64,000 bases of DNA from Nitrosopumilus sp. (GTDB lineage Archaea; Thermoproteota; Nitrososphaeria; Nitrososphaerales; Nitrosopumilaceae), in contig OZ244732.1 in assembly GCA_965219345.1 (NCBI GenBank), forward strand, positions 1,504,001 through 1,568,000. Reading direction: 5' to 3'. The notes beneath the pieces are model-generated. The model was not told the origin of the DNA. It worked only from the letters and a program-made list of their open reading frames with translations, and did no database searches. A program made the position numbers and the translations under genes. Below are positions 19,203 to 30,622 of the stretch, one piece after another; the first letter of the stretch is position 1, and each line of letters starts with the position of its first letter.

Positions 19203-19775
19203 GTGTTAAATAATCTGCGTGAAACGCTTGCACCTACACTTGAAAAGATAGGAAAAGGATTTGCATCTACAGGACTATCTCCAAACTTTTGGACTTGTGT
19301 TGGTCTTGCGTTTGCACTGATATCTGCAGTAGTGTATGGTTTAGGAATTGAATTTGGATTAATAATTGGAGGAATTCTGTTACTTGTTTCAGGATTCTTT
19401 GATATGGTTGATGGGCAGGTGGCTAGAGTTACTGGCAAGACCTCGAAAAAAGGGTCTTACTTTGACTCTATGTTTGATAAAATTGCCGAAGTTGCAATAT
19501 TTTTAGGAATATTGGTTGGTGGATATGCTGAACCTTATCTAGTTTTGCTTGCAATAACCCTATCATTACTAGTTAGCTATGCAAGAGCAAAGTCTGATGC
19601 TCTTAACATAAAACTTCAGGGAGTAGGTATTGGTGAAAGAGCAGAAAGACTTTTGGTGATTGCAATAATTGGAATAATTGGTTACATGGAGATTGCAGTA
19701 ATGATTGTGATAGTAATTGCTGGAATTACTTTAATTCAAAGAATGGTTGTAACTGCAAAAAACATTAACGAATAA
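19203..19775 (+). CDS. pgsA: CDP-alcohol phosphatidyltransferase (archaetidylinositol phosphate synthase-like)
   Basis: DMVDGQVAR...GSYFDSMFD. Confidence 0.9.
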   Translation: MLNNLRETLAPTLEKIGKGFASTGLSPNFWTCVGLAFALISAVVYGLGIEFGLIIGGILLLVSGFFDMVDGQVARVTGKTSKKGSYFDSMFDKIAEVAIFLGILVGGYAEPYLVLLAITLSLLVSYARAKSDALNIKLQGVGIGERAERLLVIAIIGIIGYMEIAVMIVIVIAGITLIQRMVVTAKNINE

Positions 19776-19777
19776 TA

Positions 19778-20065
19778 CTATCGTAGTTTTCCGCGTTTTC
19801 TTCTATTATCTGCAGATCTGATTTTGAGAATCTTAAAGTGAATTGCACATGAAATACAATACCATTTCAAAACTGTTGGTGATGCAATGTATGCGCCTTG
19901 TGCACGTAGCTCTTTTGCTAATGTATGCTCCACTAGATTTAGTCTTGCTGTGACTTTTTTTGCCTTATCTTTTGGTACAGTTTGTCCACAGTTGGTACAT
20001 TGAACTGTTCCAGATGATCCTTTTCCTCCTTTTGTTCGTCCTCTACTTGCGCGCTTTAGTGGCAT
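19778..20065 (-). CDS. rps26e: 30S ribosomal protein S26e
   Basis: MPLKRASRGR, CTNCG..VPKDKA, YCISCAIH. Confidence 0.95.
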   Translation of the reverse strand: MPLKRASRGRTKGGKGSSGTVQCTNCGQTVPKDKAKKVTARLNLVEHTLAKELRAQGAYIASPTVLKWYCISCAIHFKILKIRSADNRRKRGKLR

Positions 20066-20194
20066 GAGCACAAATTAATTTGCCTACTTATATTCTTGCA
20101 GATAATTCAACAAAATTGATAAATTTACGCCTAAAACATGGATGAAAACTACTTTATGTTTTAATTCTAGATCGAATAATTTCTAATGATTGTA

Positions 20195-20302
20195 ATGCGT
20201 GGCCTCTGTCAAGTTTGCTTTACTTCAGGCGTTGAACTGGTAATACTAAAAGGAAAGATCCTCTGTCAGAACTGTTTTGATAAAATTAATGCAAAAAACT
20301 AA
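20195..20302 (+). CDS. Small CxxC...CxxC zinc-finger microprotein (not in ORF track)
   Basis: MRGLCQVCFTSGVELVILKGKILCQNCFDKINAKN. Confidence 0.6.
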   Translation: MRGLCQVCFTSGVELVILKGKILCQNCFDKINAKN

Positions 20303-20328
20303 ATCTGTTGTCATAGTAATGAATAGAA

Positions 20329-21198
20329 ATGAAGTTAGCTGTTTTTGCTCATTGTGCAATTGATACAATTACAATTAATAATCGTAATTATGAACAAATT
20401 GGCGGATCTGCTTGTTATTGTGGAATTACAGCAAGACAATTCAAATTTGATGTAGACTTGTTTACAAAATTTGGCCCTGATTTCCCAAAACAATATCTCA
20501 TTGAACAGAAAATAAATTTTATAAATTCTGAATCAGAAAAAAACACTACCAAATTTATTATTTCCATTAACGGTTCAGATAGAACTCTTAAACTTGAAAA
20601 TGAATGTGATTCGATAGATTATTCCAGTGTTAATGCTGATGGACATATTGTAAGTCCAGTATATCATGAAATTTCTGATGATACATTTAAAAAAATTAAG
20701 AATGACTCTAACTTTGTTTTCGTTGATCCTCAAGGTTTTTTGAGACAAAAAGATTCTCAAAATAATATTATTTTGACAAACAATAATCTTGACTTATCAA
20801 ATATCAATGCAATAAAGATTAATCCTGATGAAAGTCAACAAGTTGTTAATGGCTCTCATGATGAAATGATGTTGGCCCTACAGAAAAAAGGAATTGAATA
20901 TGTACTATTAACAAATAAAACGGATGTGTCTCTTTTGGTTAAAGGTAAAATTTATTCTATTACTCTTCCAAACAAGATAATTCATGACACCACTGGAATT
21001 GGTGATATTTTTTGTTCAACATTTTGTTGTACCATGCTCAAAGAAAAGGACTTTTTGTGGGCACTTTGCTTTGCAGGTGGTGCTGCTCAGGCCGCCCTTG
21101 ATTCAAAGAATGTTGGTTTACAAAAAATTCCTAAAAAGGGGACAATTCAGACAAATGCATCTTACTTTTACAATCTAGTAAAATTCAGAGACTTGTAG
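20329..21198 (+). CDS. PfkB-family carbohydrate kinase
   Basis: GGSACY, DPQGFLR, DTTGIGDIF. Confidence 0.88.
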   Translation: MKLAVFAHCAIDTITINNRNYEQIGGSACYCGITARQFKFDVDLFTKFGPDFPKQYLIEQKINFINSESEKNTTKFIISINGSDRTLKLENECDSIDYSSVNADGHIVSPVYHEISDDTFKKIKNDSNFVFVDPQGFLRQKDSQNNIILTNNNLDLSNINAIKINPDESQQVVNGSHDEMMLALQKKGIEYVLLTNKTDVSLLVKGKIYSITLPNKIIHDTTGIGDIFCSTFCCTMLKEKDFLWALCFAGGAAQAALDSKNVGLQKIPKKGTIQTNASYFYNLVKFRDL

Positions 21199-21253
21199 TC
21201 CATTTTGAACACAAATTCCTTTAACATCTCTTCTAATTTTAACAGATTACAAC

Positions 21254-21529
21254 ATGATTGGAATAGGATTAGCATTAACAATGTTAATTGTTGGTTCGAT
21301 TATTGATTTTCGAAAAAGAGAAATTCACGATTATTATTGGATAGGGTTTGGAAGTGTAGGATTCCTACTTTTGTTTATAGATCCTGATCTTGTTTCTAAT
21401 CTACTGACAATTGGATTTGCATTAATTATAGCACCATTTGTAATATTGATGTGGAGAATAGGCTTGGGTGGATTTATCATTCAATTATTCTATGGAGATA
21501 TAATTCTAGGCAGATTTTTAGGCGTGTAA
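21254..21529 (+). pseudogene. A24 prepilin/preflagellin peptidase remnant with internal in-frame deletion
   Basis: SIIDFRKREI N-terminal motif; WRIGLGG joined directly to C-terminal FIIQLFYGDII; the GGAD catalytic Asp is missing. Confidence 0.6.
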
Positions 21530-21599
21530 TTTTGAAGAATTAAGATTAGTCTTTTCCAAGACAATATTTTTTTATTATACTGAATAGTTTGTTTCTTCT

Positions 21600-22598
21600 G
21601 TGCAAATAGGCATTTACGGTTCTGGAACTACGGACACTGCAGCAAAGACAATTAAAAAAATTCTAAATGAATCTGGAATCACATCATTCACAATATCAAA
21701 ATCCAAGAATAAACAAGCTGATTGCATTATTGTTTTGGGTGGAGACAAAGGAGTTAGAAATTATTTTCATAGTACTTTTGATACTGTTACTCCTGTATTG
21801 GGAATTAGTGAAGGTGAAGCAAGTGGATTTCTAGCTCAAATAGATCTTAGAGAATTTTCCACTTATGTTAACGTCTTGAAAAAACAAAAATATACTATTG
21901 AAGAGGTTCCCAGACTTGGTGTAAAAATTGACGGCAAAAACGTCTATCCTGTACTTAATGACGTTGCAGTGTTTTCTTCAAAGAGTGCTATGTTGATGGA
22001 GCATACGTTGAGTGTTAATGGAGAAGAAGTTTGGCACGATAATAGTGATGGAATAATTGTATCTACACCCATTGGCTCATCTGCATATTCAATGTCAGCT
22101 GGCGGTCCTGTATTATTCCAAGATTCAGCTGTGTTTGAGATAATTTCTGTAAACTCTCTAGATGTAACTCGCAGACCAATTATTGTATCCAATGACAGTT
22201 CAATTGAGATTACTGATATCTATGCAAGACTGCATTGTGAAGTTGTTCTTGATGGTTCGGATAGATACAAGGTAAACAAAACTGTTGAATGTACCCAATT
22301 TTTTCCTCATGCAAAAATCATTCGACTCAAAAAAGACTCTACTGCAATTTCTGCTCTTGCAAAGAAAGTACATCTTGCTGAAGAGTTGCTTAGCATGCCT
22401 CCCAGCTCCAAATTACTTCTAAAGACATTAGAATATGAAGGAGCGTTGACACAAAAAGATCTGGCAAACAAAACATTACTCCCACCAAGAACTGTTAGGT
22501 TGGCCCTAAGTCATCTTTTGAAAAAGGGATATGTCAAAAAGAAAGTCTCAATCAGAGATGCCAGGCAGAAAATCTATGAAATATCAAAGATAAAATAA
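21600..22598 (+). CDS. NAD kinase with C-terminal HTH
   Basis: VLGGDKG, LND, DGIIVSTPIGSSAYSMSAGGP; MarR-like tail. Confidence 0.88.
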   Translation: MQIGIYGSGTTDTAAKTIKKILNESGITSFTISKSKNKQADCIIVLGGDKGVRNYFHSTFDTVTPVLGISEGEASGFLAQIDLREFSTYVNVLKKQKYTIEEVPRLGVKIDGKNVYPVLNDVAVFSSKSAMLMEHTLSVNGEEVWHDNSDGIIVSTPIGSSAYSMSAGGPVLFQDSAVFEIISVNSLDVTRRPIIVSNDSSIEITDIYARLHCEVVLDGSDRYKVNKTVECTQFFPHAKIIRLKKDSTAISALAKKVHLAEELLSMPPSSKLLLKTLEYEGALTQKDLANKTLLPPRTVRLALSHLLKKGYVKKKVSIRDARQKIYEISKIK

Positions 22599-24200
22599 TT
22601 ATTTTTCAGATGCTGCTTTGATAAATGCCGCAAAAGATTCTTCAGGAAATCCAGGCCTACTGTTAAATTCTGGATGAAATTGAACGCCTAGATAGAATTT
22701 ATGTGATGGAATTTCAAGCATTTCCATTCTTTTACCTCCATCACTTTCAGCTGAAAATACTAGTCCATTTTTTTCAAATTCAGGAATGTACTCTTTATTG
22801 ATTTCATACCTGTGTCTATGGCGTTTACTAATGGTCATTGTATTGTAGATTTTTTGTGCATTTGTGTTTTCTTTAATTGTTATCTCATTTGCACCTAATC
22901 TGAGAGAACCCCCCATATCTGAAACATTCTTTTGTTCAGGAAGTAAATCAACTACAGGATTTTTTGCATCAGCCTTAATTTCAGCCGAGTTTGCGTCTTC
23001 CAAATTCAAAACATTCCTTCCAAACGCAATTGCAGCTAACTGGAATCCGAAACATATTCCAAGATATGGTATATTTTTCTCACGTGCATAATTTGCAGTT
23101 TGAATAATTCCTTCAGAACCTCTAATACCAAATCCACCTGGAACTAAAATTCCATCAAAGTTTGATAGTATGTTATAGTCTGATATTGATTCGGAATCTA
23201 TCCAGTCAATATCTACTGATTTTCCTATTTGTGCTCCTGCATGCTTCAACGCATGATTTACACTCACATAGCTGTCTGCAAGTGTAACGTATTTTCCAAC
23301 CATAGCAATCTTTACTTTCTGGTCTTCGTGGTTGACCATGTTCTTTGCAATCTTGCTCCATTTGTCCCAATTAGCTGAAGCATTTACCATTCCAACCTTT
23401 CCAAACTTTGTAAACATTGAATCCATAATTCCTTGTTCATACAACATCTGTGGTACTTCGAAGATTGATTTTGTATCGTGACAAGATAAAACATCTTTTG
23501 TTGTTACATTTGTAAACATTCCAATCTTTTTCTTTGTTCTTTCTTCTAATGGTAGTGTGCATCTAACTGCCAAAAAGTCTGGTTGAATTCCTATCCTTCT
23601 TAATTCTTGGACGCTGTGTTGTGTTGGTTTTGTTTTCTGTTCACCTACTACATCCAGTGATGGAGCTAATGTCACATGAACAAAGATTACACCTTGTGGT
23701 CCCTCTTCTACTCTCATCTGTCTTAGTGCCTCTAAAAATGGTAATGATTCTATATCCCCTACTGTTCCGCCACACTCTACTATCAAAAAGTCTAGTTTTT
23801 CATCTTCTGAGATACTTCTAATTCTTTTTTTAATCTCATCTGTTACATGTGGAATTATCTGAACACACACTCCCAAATATTTTCCCTTTCTTTCTGCTTC
23901 AATTACTGAAGAATATACCTGAGCAGTTGTAATGTTGTGGCTTTTTGGAATATCTTGGTTTAGGAACCTTTCATAGTTTCCAATATCCATGTCGCATTCG
24001 CCTCCATCTTCTGTTACAAAGACTTCGCCATGTGCAACTGGATTCATTGTTCCTGCATCATAGTTTAGATAAGGATCTATCTTTACGCAAGAGACTTTTT
24101 GATCTGCTAATTGTAATAATTTTGCAATCGAGGAAGTTGTTACGCCTTTTCCAAGGCCAGACATCACACCACCTGTGACAAAAATATACTTCGTCTGCAC
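22599..24200 (-). CDS. pyrG: CTP synthase
   Basis: GGVMSGLGKG, KTKPTQHSV, GICFG, QFHPEF. Confidence 0.98.
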   Translation of the reverse strand: MQTKYIFVTGGVMSGLGKGVTTSSIAKLLQLADQKVSCVKIDPYLNYDAGTMNPVAHGEVFVTEDGGECDMDIGNYERFLNQDIPKSHNITTAQVYSSVIEAERKGKYLGVCVQIIPHVTDEIKKRIRSISEDEKLDFLIVECGGTVGDIESLPFLEALRQMRVEEGPQGVIFVHVTLAPSLDVVGEQKTKPTQHSVQELRRIGIQPDFLAVRCTLPLEERTKKKIGMFTNVTTKDVLSCHDTKSIFEVPQMLYEQGIMDSMFTKFGKVGMVNASANWDKWSKIAKNMVNHEDQKVKIAMVGKYVTLADSYVSVNHALKHAGAQIGKSVDIDWIDSESISDYNILSNFDGILVPGGFGIRGSEGIIQTANYAREKNIPYLGICFGFQLAAIAFGRNVLNLEDANSAEIKADAKNPVVDLLPEQKNVSDMGGSLRLGANEITIKENTNAQKIYNTMTISKRHRHRYEINKEYIPEFEKNGLVFSAESDGGKRMEMLEIPSHKFYLGVQFHPEFNSRPGFPEESFAAFIKAASEK

Positions 24201-24479
24201 ATTAATGAAACAAGTATCTGTCTTTTGTATGTTTTGACTAAAATAACACGCAGAAAGAGCAGTTTACAGGCTTGATTAGTTTATGTATTGATAATTGCGA
24301 TCTTTACAATTGTAAAAAAATTTCTTGTTTTTTTAACGAGTTTTAGATATTTTTGGGACTAGTTTTTTATTTTTGTTCATGTAGCATCTTTGAGAACTTC
24401 TAGACGGCGGCCATAAATAAAATAACACTTCCCTTCCAACACTACTGAGCAGATGGCCCCATCTCTGACGTTTTATTTG

Positions 24480-25280
24480 TTAGAGTATAGTTTGTTTTTT
24501 AAGACTTTTTGTAAAAAACGTAATCTTTGTCTCTAGTTTATTCTGTGGGGTTTTTTCAATTAATTTCAAATATGCACTTCCAACAATTACTGCATCTGCA
24601 CCTGCTTTGATGTATCTTTTCACATCTTTGGGAGTTGAGATTCCAAATCCTACACCGACAGGAGTTTTTCCTTTGGTTTGTCTTTTAACATCTTTGATTG
24701 CTTTTATTGTGTAATTTTTAATTCCCGTTTTGACTCCTGTTGTTCCATAAACTGCAACAAGATACAAAAATCCTGTTGATACTTTGGAAATCTTTTGTAT
24801 TCTTGTTTTTGAAGTGTTTGGAGATATTAGAAATATTGTGTCTGCATTCTTTTTTGCTGCTTTTAGATACTCTTTTGATTCCTCAATTGACATATCAGGA
24901 AGAATGAGTCCATCTATCCCTGCTTTTTTTGCTTCTGAGATGAATTTTGGGTATCCTTTGCGATATAGAATGTTAGTGTATGTCATTAGTACTAGTGGAA
25001 TGTCAGTTTCTTTTCTAATTTTTTTTACAATGTCAAAAAATTTGGAAATCTTGGTACCTTTTTTCAGTGATATGGTACTAGCATTCTGAATTACAGGTCC
25101 ATCAGCTATAGGATCTGAAAATGGAAAACCTAATTCTATAATGTCAACTCCTCCCTTTATCAGGCCTCTTACAGCCATGATTGTAGCTTTTTCATTTGGA
25201 AATCCTACCATAATATATGATATCAATGCCTTTTGATTTTTTGCCTTTAGTTCTTTAAATTTTTGTTTAATTTTTGACAT
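24480..25280 (-). CDS. trpA: Tryptophan synthase alpha
   Basis: [17 protein letters not shown]. Confidence 0.96.
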   Translation of the reverse strand: MSKIKQKFKELKAKNQKALISYIMVGFPNEKATIMAVRGLIKGGVDIIELGFPFSDPIADGPVIQNASTISLKKGTKISKFFDIVKKIRKETDIPLVLMTYTNILYRKGYPKFISEAKKAGIDGLILPDMSIEESKEYLKAAKKNADTIFLISPNTSKTRIQKISKVSTGFLYLVAVYGTTGVKTGIKNYTIKAIKDVKRQTKGKTPVGVGFGISTPKDVKRYIKAGADAVIVGSAYLKLIEKTPQNKLETKITFFTKSLKKQTIL

Positions 25281-26454
25281 TTTCCTTCAAATATTTTTGT
25301 ACTTCTTCAACGTCTTTGTCTCCTCTTCCAGAAAGTGTTACAACTATTGATTCTGATTTCTTTCCTTTTCGTGCTACTTTGATTGCCTCTGCTATTGCAT
25401 GAGCTGATTCAAGTGCTGGTATGATTCCTTCTGTTCTTGTTAGTAATAGAAATGCATCAATTACTTCTCTATCAGTAGCTGAATGATATTTTATTCGTTT
25501 GTTATCTTTATAGTAAGCATGTTCTGGACCAACACCTGGATAGTCCAATCCAGCTGAAATACTGTGTGTTTCTGTAATTTGTCCTTCCTTATCTTGAAGT
25601 AAATATGTCATCATGCCATGTAGAACTCCTTTAGTTCCAGCTGACAAAGTTGCTGAATGTAATTTTGATTTTAATCCTTGACCTGCAGCTTCTACTCCAA
25701 TCATCTCTGCATTAGAATCAACTAAGGGGAAGAATGTTCCAATTGCGTTTGATCCTCCACCAACACATGCTATCAAACTATCTGGTGTTCTGTTAATTTT
25801 CTTCATCTGTGATATGATTTCATTTCCAATTACACTTTGAAAATCTCTGACCATCACTGGATAAGGATGTGGACCTACAGCAGATCCTAGTAGATAGTAT
25901 GTTGATTCAACATTGGTAATCCAATCACGAATTGCTTCATTAATTGCATCTTTCAGTGTCTTAGAACCTGAATTAACGGGATACACTTTGCAACCAAGCA
26001 TGTCCATTCGAAAAACGTTGAGCTTTTGACGAATTGTATCCTTATACCCCATGTATACTTCGGCTTTCATACCTAAAGCAGCGCATGCCATTGCAGTGGC
26101 AACCCCATGTTGTCCTGCACCTGTTTCCGCAATGATTCTTTTTTTCTTCATCTTCTTTGCAAGAAGTGCTTGACCTAGTGTGTTGTTGATTTTGTGAGCT
26201 CCACCATGGAGTAAATCTTCTCGTTTGAGATAGATCTTAGCTCCGCCCAGTTTTTCTGACAAATTTTTTGCATAGTATAGAGGAGTTGGTCGTCCAGCAT
26301 ACACTTTGAGATAGTAATCTAGTTCTTTTTTGAAAGTTTTATCGTCTTTAAACTTTAGATAGTTCTCTTCTAACTCTTCAATTGCAGGAACTAGAGTTTC
26401 TGGAATGTATTTGCCACCAAATTCCCCAAATCTTCCATTCTTAGGATATTTCAA
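25267..26454 (-). CDS. trpB: Tryptophan synthase beta
   Basis: [31 protein letters not shown]. Confidence 0.97.
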   Translation of the reverse strand: MKYPKNGRFGEFGGKYIPETLVPAIEELEENYLKFKDDKTFKKELDYYLKVYAGRPTPLYYAKNLSEKLGGAKIYLKREDLLHGGAHKINNTLGQALLAKKMKKKRIIAETGAGQHGVATAMACAALGMKAEVYMGYKDTIRQKLNVFRMDMLGCKVYPVNSGSKTLKDAINEAIRDWITNVESTYYLLGSAVGPHPYPVMVRDFQSVIGNEIISQMKKINRTPDSLIACVGGGSNAIGTFFPLVDSNAEMIGVEAAGQGLKSKLHSATLSAGTKGVLHGMMTYLLQDKEGQITETHSISAGLDYPGVGPEHAYYKDNKRIKYHSATDREVIDAFLLLTRTEGIIPALESAHAIAEAIKVARKGKKSESIVVTLSGRGDKDVEEVQKYLKENVKN

Positions 26455-27230
26455 TATGCTTTCACCAATTTCCTCACTTGTTCTTCAATATTATCGCTTT
26501 TCATAATGCTTGAACCTACCAAGAAAGCATCTGCTCCAGACTTTTTTAGATATTGGATGTCTTCAATGGTCTCAATTCCACTTTCTGATAGAATAGGCCT
26601 TGATTTTTCATGTCCCTCTAGAACTAATTCAGTAGTTTTCAGATCAATTTCTAATGTATCCAAATTTCTATTGTTAACTCCGATAAGATCAGCTTTAGTC
26701 TGTAATGCATTTTCAAATTCTTGTTTTGTATGAACTTCAAGAAGAATTTTTAGCTCTTTTTTATAAGCATATTCTATAAACTCATCAATTTCCTTGAGAA
26801 ATCCTTGATCAAACAATGACTGTATCAATAATATGTAATCTGCACCAATCTTTTCTGCAGCATCTATCTGAATATTCTCTATCATGATATCTTTCATGAG
26901 TAATGGAACATCCACTGCTTCTCTGACCTTCATGAAATATTCTGGTGAGCCATGGAATAGATTTGGTTGTGTCAGTACTGAAAGAGCTTTTGAGCCTCCA
27001 TTTACCATCTGTTTTGCTATGCTTGCTGGGTTTGTGAGGGTTCTAATCTTTCCTAGGGAAGGAGATGCAAATTTTATCTCAGTAAGTAGTGTTGGGTGAG
27101 GATTATTCTTAATAATTTGAATTAGGTCTTTGTTTGATTTTTGTAGATTTGCATCTATGTCATATGTTCCATCATCAATTGCAGTTTGAGAATTAGTTAC
27201 CAATCTTTTTAGAATATTTTCTGCCATCAT
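26451..27230 (-). CDS. trpC: Indole-3-glycerol phosphate synthase
   Basis: [24 protein letters not shown]. Confidence 0.95.
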   Translation of the reverse strand: MMAENILKRLVTNSQTAIDDGTYDIDANLQKSNKDLIQIIKNNPHPTLLTEIKFASPSLGKIRTLTNPASIAKQMVNGGSKALSVLTQPNLFHGSPEYFMKVREAVDVPLLMKDIMIENIQIDAAEKIGADYILLIQSLFDQGFLKEIDEFIEYAYKKELKILLEVHTKQEFENALQTKADLIGVNNRNLDTLEIDLKTTELVLEGHEKSRPILSESGIETIEDIQYLKKSGADAFLVGSSIMKSDNIEEQVRKLVKAY

Positions 27231-28267
27231 ATCATCTCCTTTAGTTTTGAAATGTCTCCAGTGTCTGCAACAAAGTTTTCCAAAGTCTTGAATGCATTTC
27301 CGTCTTTAATTGTATTCATAGCTAGCTCTACTCCTTCCTCAAAGTTATTTGCAATGTTTGCAACAATTAATCCTCCTGCTGCATTTAGTGCAGTGGTCTC
27401 AATCATTGCTTGATTAGCTGTATTATTTAGAACACCAACAAATGATTTTATTGCATCTTCTTTTGTACTAATCTGAATGTCATTCAGTGATGATTTGTGC
27501 AATCCTGCCACTTCAGGATCAATTGCATTCATCAATACTTTGTCATCTCTCAAAATACATACACGATTAGTTGCACTAGTGGAGAATTCATCCATCCCAT
27601 CATCAGAACGTACTGTCATTATATTTTCTGCACCTTTTCTTTTTAGAATTGCAGGTAATCTATCAAGATATTCATTAGAAAATACACCAACTAGTTGATT
27701 TTTTACTCCAGCAGGATTTGATAGTGGTCCTAGAAGATTGAATGCTGTTCTTTTACCTAATTGTTTTCTAGCTGGACTGACATGTTTCATTGCTGGATGA
27801 AACTTTTGTGCAAACATGAAACAAATGTTATGTTTCTCTAGAGTTTGTACAATCTTTGATGGTTCTTGATTGAGATCATATCCAAAGTACTCAAAAATAT
27901 CCGCACTTCCAGAAACTCCTGATGTGGAACGATTCCCATGCTTCGCAACCACTCCTCCAGCAGCAGCTATGACAAAGGATGCGGTAGTGGATATGTTGAA
28001 GGTTTGAAGCTTATCCCATCCAGTCCCACACATATCAATGATGGTTCCAGCGTTTTTAGGCTCAATTTTTAGAGATAATTCCTGCATCTTATCTAGCATT
28101 CCAAGTAGTTCATCATCTGTCTCTCCCTTGTCTGCTAGATTGGATAGAAAGTCTGCGTTCTCTTGGAGATTTGTATTTCCTGAAAGAATGTCTATCATGA
28201 CATGATTCATCTCATCATAAGTAAGGTCTGTCTTCTCTTGTAATTTTTGAATTAAATTTGAGATCAT
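27227..28267 (-). CDS. trpD: Anthranilate phosphoribosyltransferase
   Basis: DMCGTG(W)D, NISTT, KHGNRS, FNLLGPLSNP. Confidence 0.95.
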   Translation of the reverse strand: MISNLIQKLQEKTDLTYDEMNHVMIDILSGNTNLQENADFLSNLADKGETDDELLGMLDKMQELSLKIEPKNAGTIIDMCGTGWDKLQTFNISTTASFVIAAAGGVVAKHGNRSTSGVSGSADIFEYFGYDLNQEPSKIVQTLEKHNICFMFAQKFHPAMKHVSPARKQLGKRTAFNLLGPLSNPAGVKNQLVGVFSNEYLDRLPAILKRKGAENIMTVRSDDGMDEFSTSATNRVCILRDDKVLMNAIDPEVAGLHKSSLNDIQISTKEDAIKSFVGVLNNTANQAMIETTALNAAGGLIVANIANNFEEGVELAMNTIKDGNAFKTLENFVADTGDISKLKEMI

Positions 28268-28854
28268 TTTTCTTTCACCTGTTTTATGAAGTTCTCTAGA
28301 ATTTTCTTGCCTTGTTCTGTCATAATTGATTCTGGATGAAATTGTACTCCTTCAATCAGATATTCTTTGTGTCTTATTGCCATAACTTCTCCATCATCTG
28401 CAGCTGTAGCTATTACTTCTAGTATGTCTGGAATTATTGTCTTATCTCCAACCAAACTGTGATATCTAGTTGCTTTAAATGGATTATTCACTCCCTTGAA
28501 CAGTTCTGAATTAGTATGATTAACGGGACTAGTCTTTCCATGCCTTACACATCCTGCATTTGTAACCTTTCCACCAAATGCATGAATAATTCCTTGATGT
28601 CCAAGACAGACTCCCAGTATTGGAGTGGTTGGTCCCATGTTAGTAATCACATCGGAACATACTCCAAAGTACTTTTTCTCTTCTGGAGTTCCTGGACCCG
28701 GTGAAATTACTACTGCATCATAGTTATTCTGTTTAATCTCATCTAATGTTATTTTGTCATTTCTAATAACATCCGATTCAACTCCTAACTCTCCAAGGTA
28801 TTGAGCAATGTTATACACGAACGAATCATAGTTGTCGATGATTAGAAATTTCAT
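28264..28854 (-). CDS. trpG: Anthranilate synthase component II
   Basis: IDNYDSF, SPGPGTP, GVCLGHQ, QFHPES. Confidence 0.95.
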   Translation of the reverse strand: MKFLIIDNYDSFVYNIAQYLGELGVESDVIRNDKITLDEIKQNNYDAVVISPGPGTPEEKKYFGVCSDVITNMGPTTPILGVCLGHQGIIHAFGGKVTNAGCVRHGKTSPVNHTNSELFKGVNNPFKATRYHSLVGDKTIIPDILEVIATAADDGEVMAIRHKEYLIEGVQFHPESIMTEQGKKILENFIKQVKEK

Positions 28855-30200
28855 TTTGTTGCCTCCTTTAATGCTTGGAGCATTGCACCTGCCTTGAACT
28901 CTATCTCTTTGAATTCATGTTCTGGAATGGAATCCGCAACTATTCCAGCTCCTGATTGTATGAATCCCTTGTTCCCATCAATGAAGATACTTCGAATTGC
29001 TATGGCAAAATCACAGCATCCATTAAATGAGAAATATCCAACTGCTCCGGCATATGGTCCTCTTGCTCCAGTCTCCAATTCATCAATGATCTCCATGGCC
29101 CCAACTTTGGGGGCTCCTGAGACTGTCCCCGCTGGAAATACTGCTTTGAAAGCGTCAAACATGTCGTTATTAGGCGCTAATTCACCTACAACATGCGTAA
29201 CGATATGCTGAACATGAGAAAATCGCTTTATCTGCATTAGCGATTCTGGATGAACTGTTCCATACTTACATACCCGACCAATATCATTTCGTCCCAAATC
29301 AACTAGCATTGTATGTTCGGCTAGTTCTTTTTCGTCATGGAGTAATTCGTCAGCTAGCTGTTTGTTCTTTTCTTCATTGTCTGTGATTTTTCTGGTTCCA
29401 GCAATAGGAAAAGTCTCTACTTTATCATCAGTTATTCTCACTAACATTTCAGGAGATGCCCCAATGATTGTTTTGGAACCTTGTTTTAGATGATACATGT
29501 ATGGCGATGGATTTAGTTTTCGTAATGTTTTGTATAAAGTTAGATTATCTCCATTATTATCAAATTCAAACTTTCTAGATAGAACAACTTGGAATATATC
29601 TCCATCATGGATTAATTTTTTTGCCTTGTTTACAATGTCTGAGAATTTTTCCTTGTCTATGTTTGGTGTTACTTCAGAAGAATGGAAATCACCAAATGTG
29701 TTTCCACTCATCTTTAGTTTATCAAATCTATTTTCATCATGATAGAAATAGAATAGTTTTTTGTGTAGATTGTCATATAGAATACCATCATCGTAAATTC
29801 CAAACTCCATTAATGGTTGTGGTGAGTTGTGAGTATCAGGTATATCTTCAATTAGTCTAATTGCATCATAGTTTACAATCCCTACTGCTCCACCCAAATA
29901 TCGGTAACTTTGATCATCTGATCTTCCTAAGAGTTTCTTTAGTTGTTCAAATGGATCTGTAGTGGATATGGTTTCTGTTTTTCCATCTTGAATAATTTCT
30001 ACCTTATCTGAATAACCTTTGAGGATTATCTTTGGATTAAATCCCATTACTGATGTTTCAGCTAGTACTTCAGGACCTGTTAGTGATTCAAAGAGAAATG
30101 AATGAGAATAGTTTCTTGAAATTTTATTATAAATTTGAAATTGGTTTTCAGATAAATCTAGGGGTATTACTTTCGCTTGAGAGTTTCCAAATGTATCCAC
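28851..30200 (-). CDS. trpE: Anthranilate synthase component I
   Basis: NPSPYM, PIAGTR, EHTMLVDLGRND. Confidence 0.95.
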   Translation of the reverse strand: MDTFGNSQAKVIPLDLSENQFQIYNKISRNYSHSFLFESLTGPEVLAETSVMGFNPKIILKGYSDKVEIIQDGKTETISTTDPFEQLKKLLGRSDDQSYRYLGGAVGIVNYDAIRLIEDIPDTHNSPQPLMEFGIYDDGILYDNLHKKLFYFYHDENRFDKLKMSGNTFGDFHSSEVTPNIDKEKFSDIVNKAKKLIHDGDIFQVVLSRKFEFDNNGDNLTLYKTLRKLNPSPYMYHLKQGSKTIIGASPEMLVRITDDKVETFPIAGTRKITDNEEKNKQLADELLHDEKELAEHTMLVDLGRNDIGRVCKYGTVHPESLMQIKRFSHVQHIVTHVVGELAPNNDMFDAFKAVFPAGTVSGAPKVGAMEIIDELETGARGPYAGAVGYFSFNGCCDFAIAIRSIFIDGNKGFIQSGAGIVADSIPEHEFKEIEFKAGAMLQALKEATK

Positions 30201-30351
30201 CCATAGACCAAATCCTAGAGGTTTATTATTTAAATTGAACAGATCGTTTTGATCGTTCGATCTTTGTCTAAAATGATTGGGCTTATAGGCATGAAACTAT
30301 TACGGTATAGTACGGTACCTTTATATCATATTTTGACGTAGTGGAATTACC

Positions 30352-30537
30352 ATGCAGGGAGAAAATCAAACAATCATGCAGGATATGCAGATTCTAAAGC
30401 ACAATGTCCTATCTTCAGTATCTAAAGTTGAATGCTATGTTTGTGGAAAGGGAGTAGAAGATGGTCATTCTATTACTGCAAAGACTTTACCTCATGGAAT
30501 AGTACTTTTTTGTGACGTTCATTATTCATTACAGTAA
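30352..30537 (+). CDS. Small Zn-binding protein
   Basis: CYVC...FCDVH. Confidence 0.6.
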   Translation: MQGENQTIMQDMQILKHNVLSSVSKVECYVCGKGVEDGHSITAKTLPHGIVLFCDVHYSLQ

Positions 30538-30622
30538 ACTCCTAAATTAATCATGAAAAATAGATCTTAAACACATTAGAAAACAAAAAGAGTTTTGAAC
30601 CAATTTTTTCATACTGTATTGA

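Noticed and set aside
24400-24475. Possible C/D box sRNA between pyrG and trpA
   Set aside because: CTGA motifs are present but there is no convincing C box or verifiable rRNA target.
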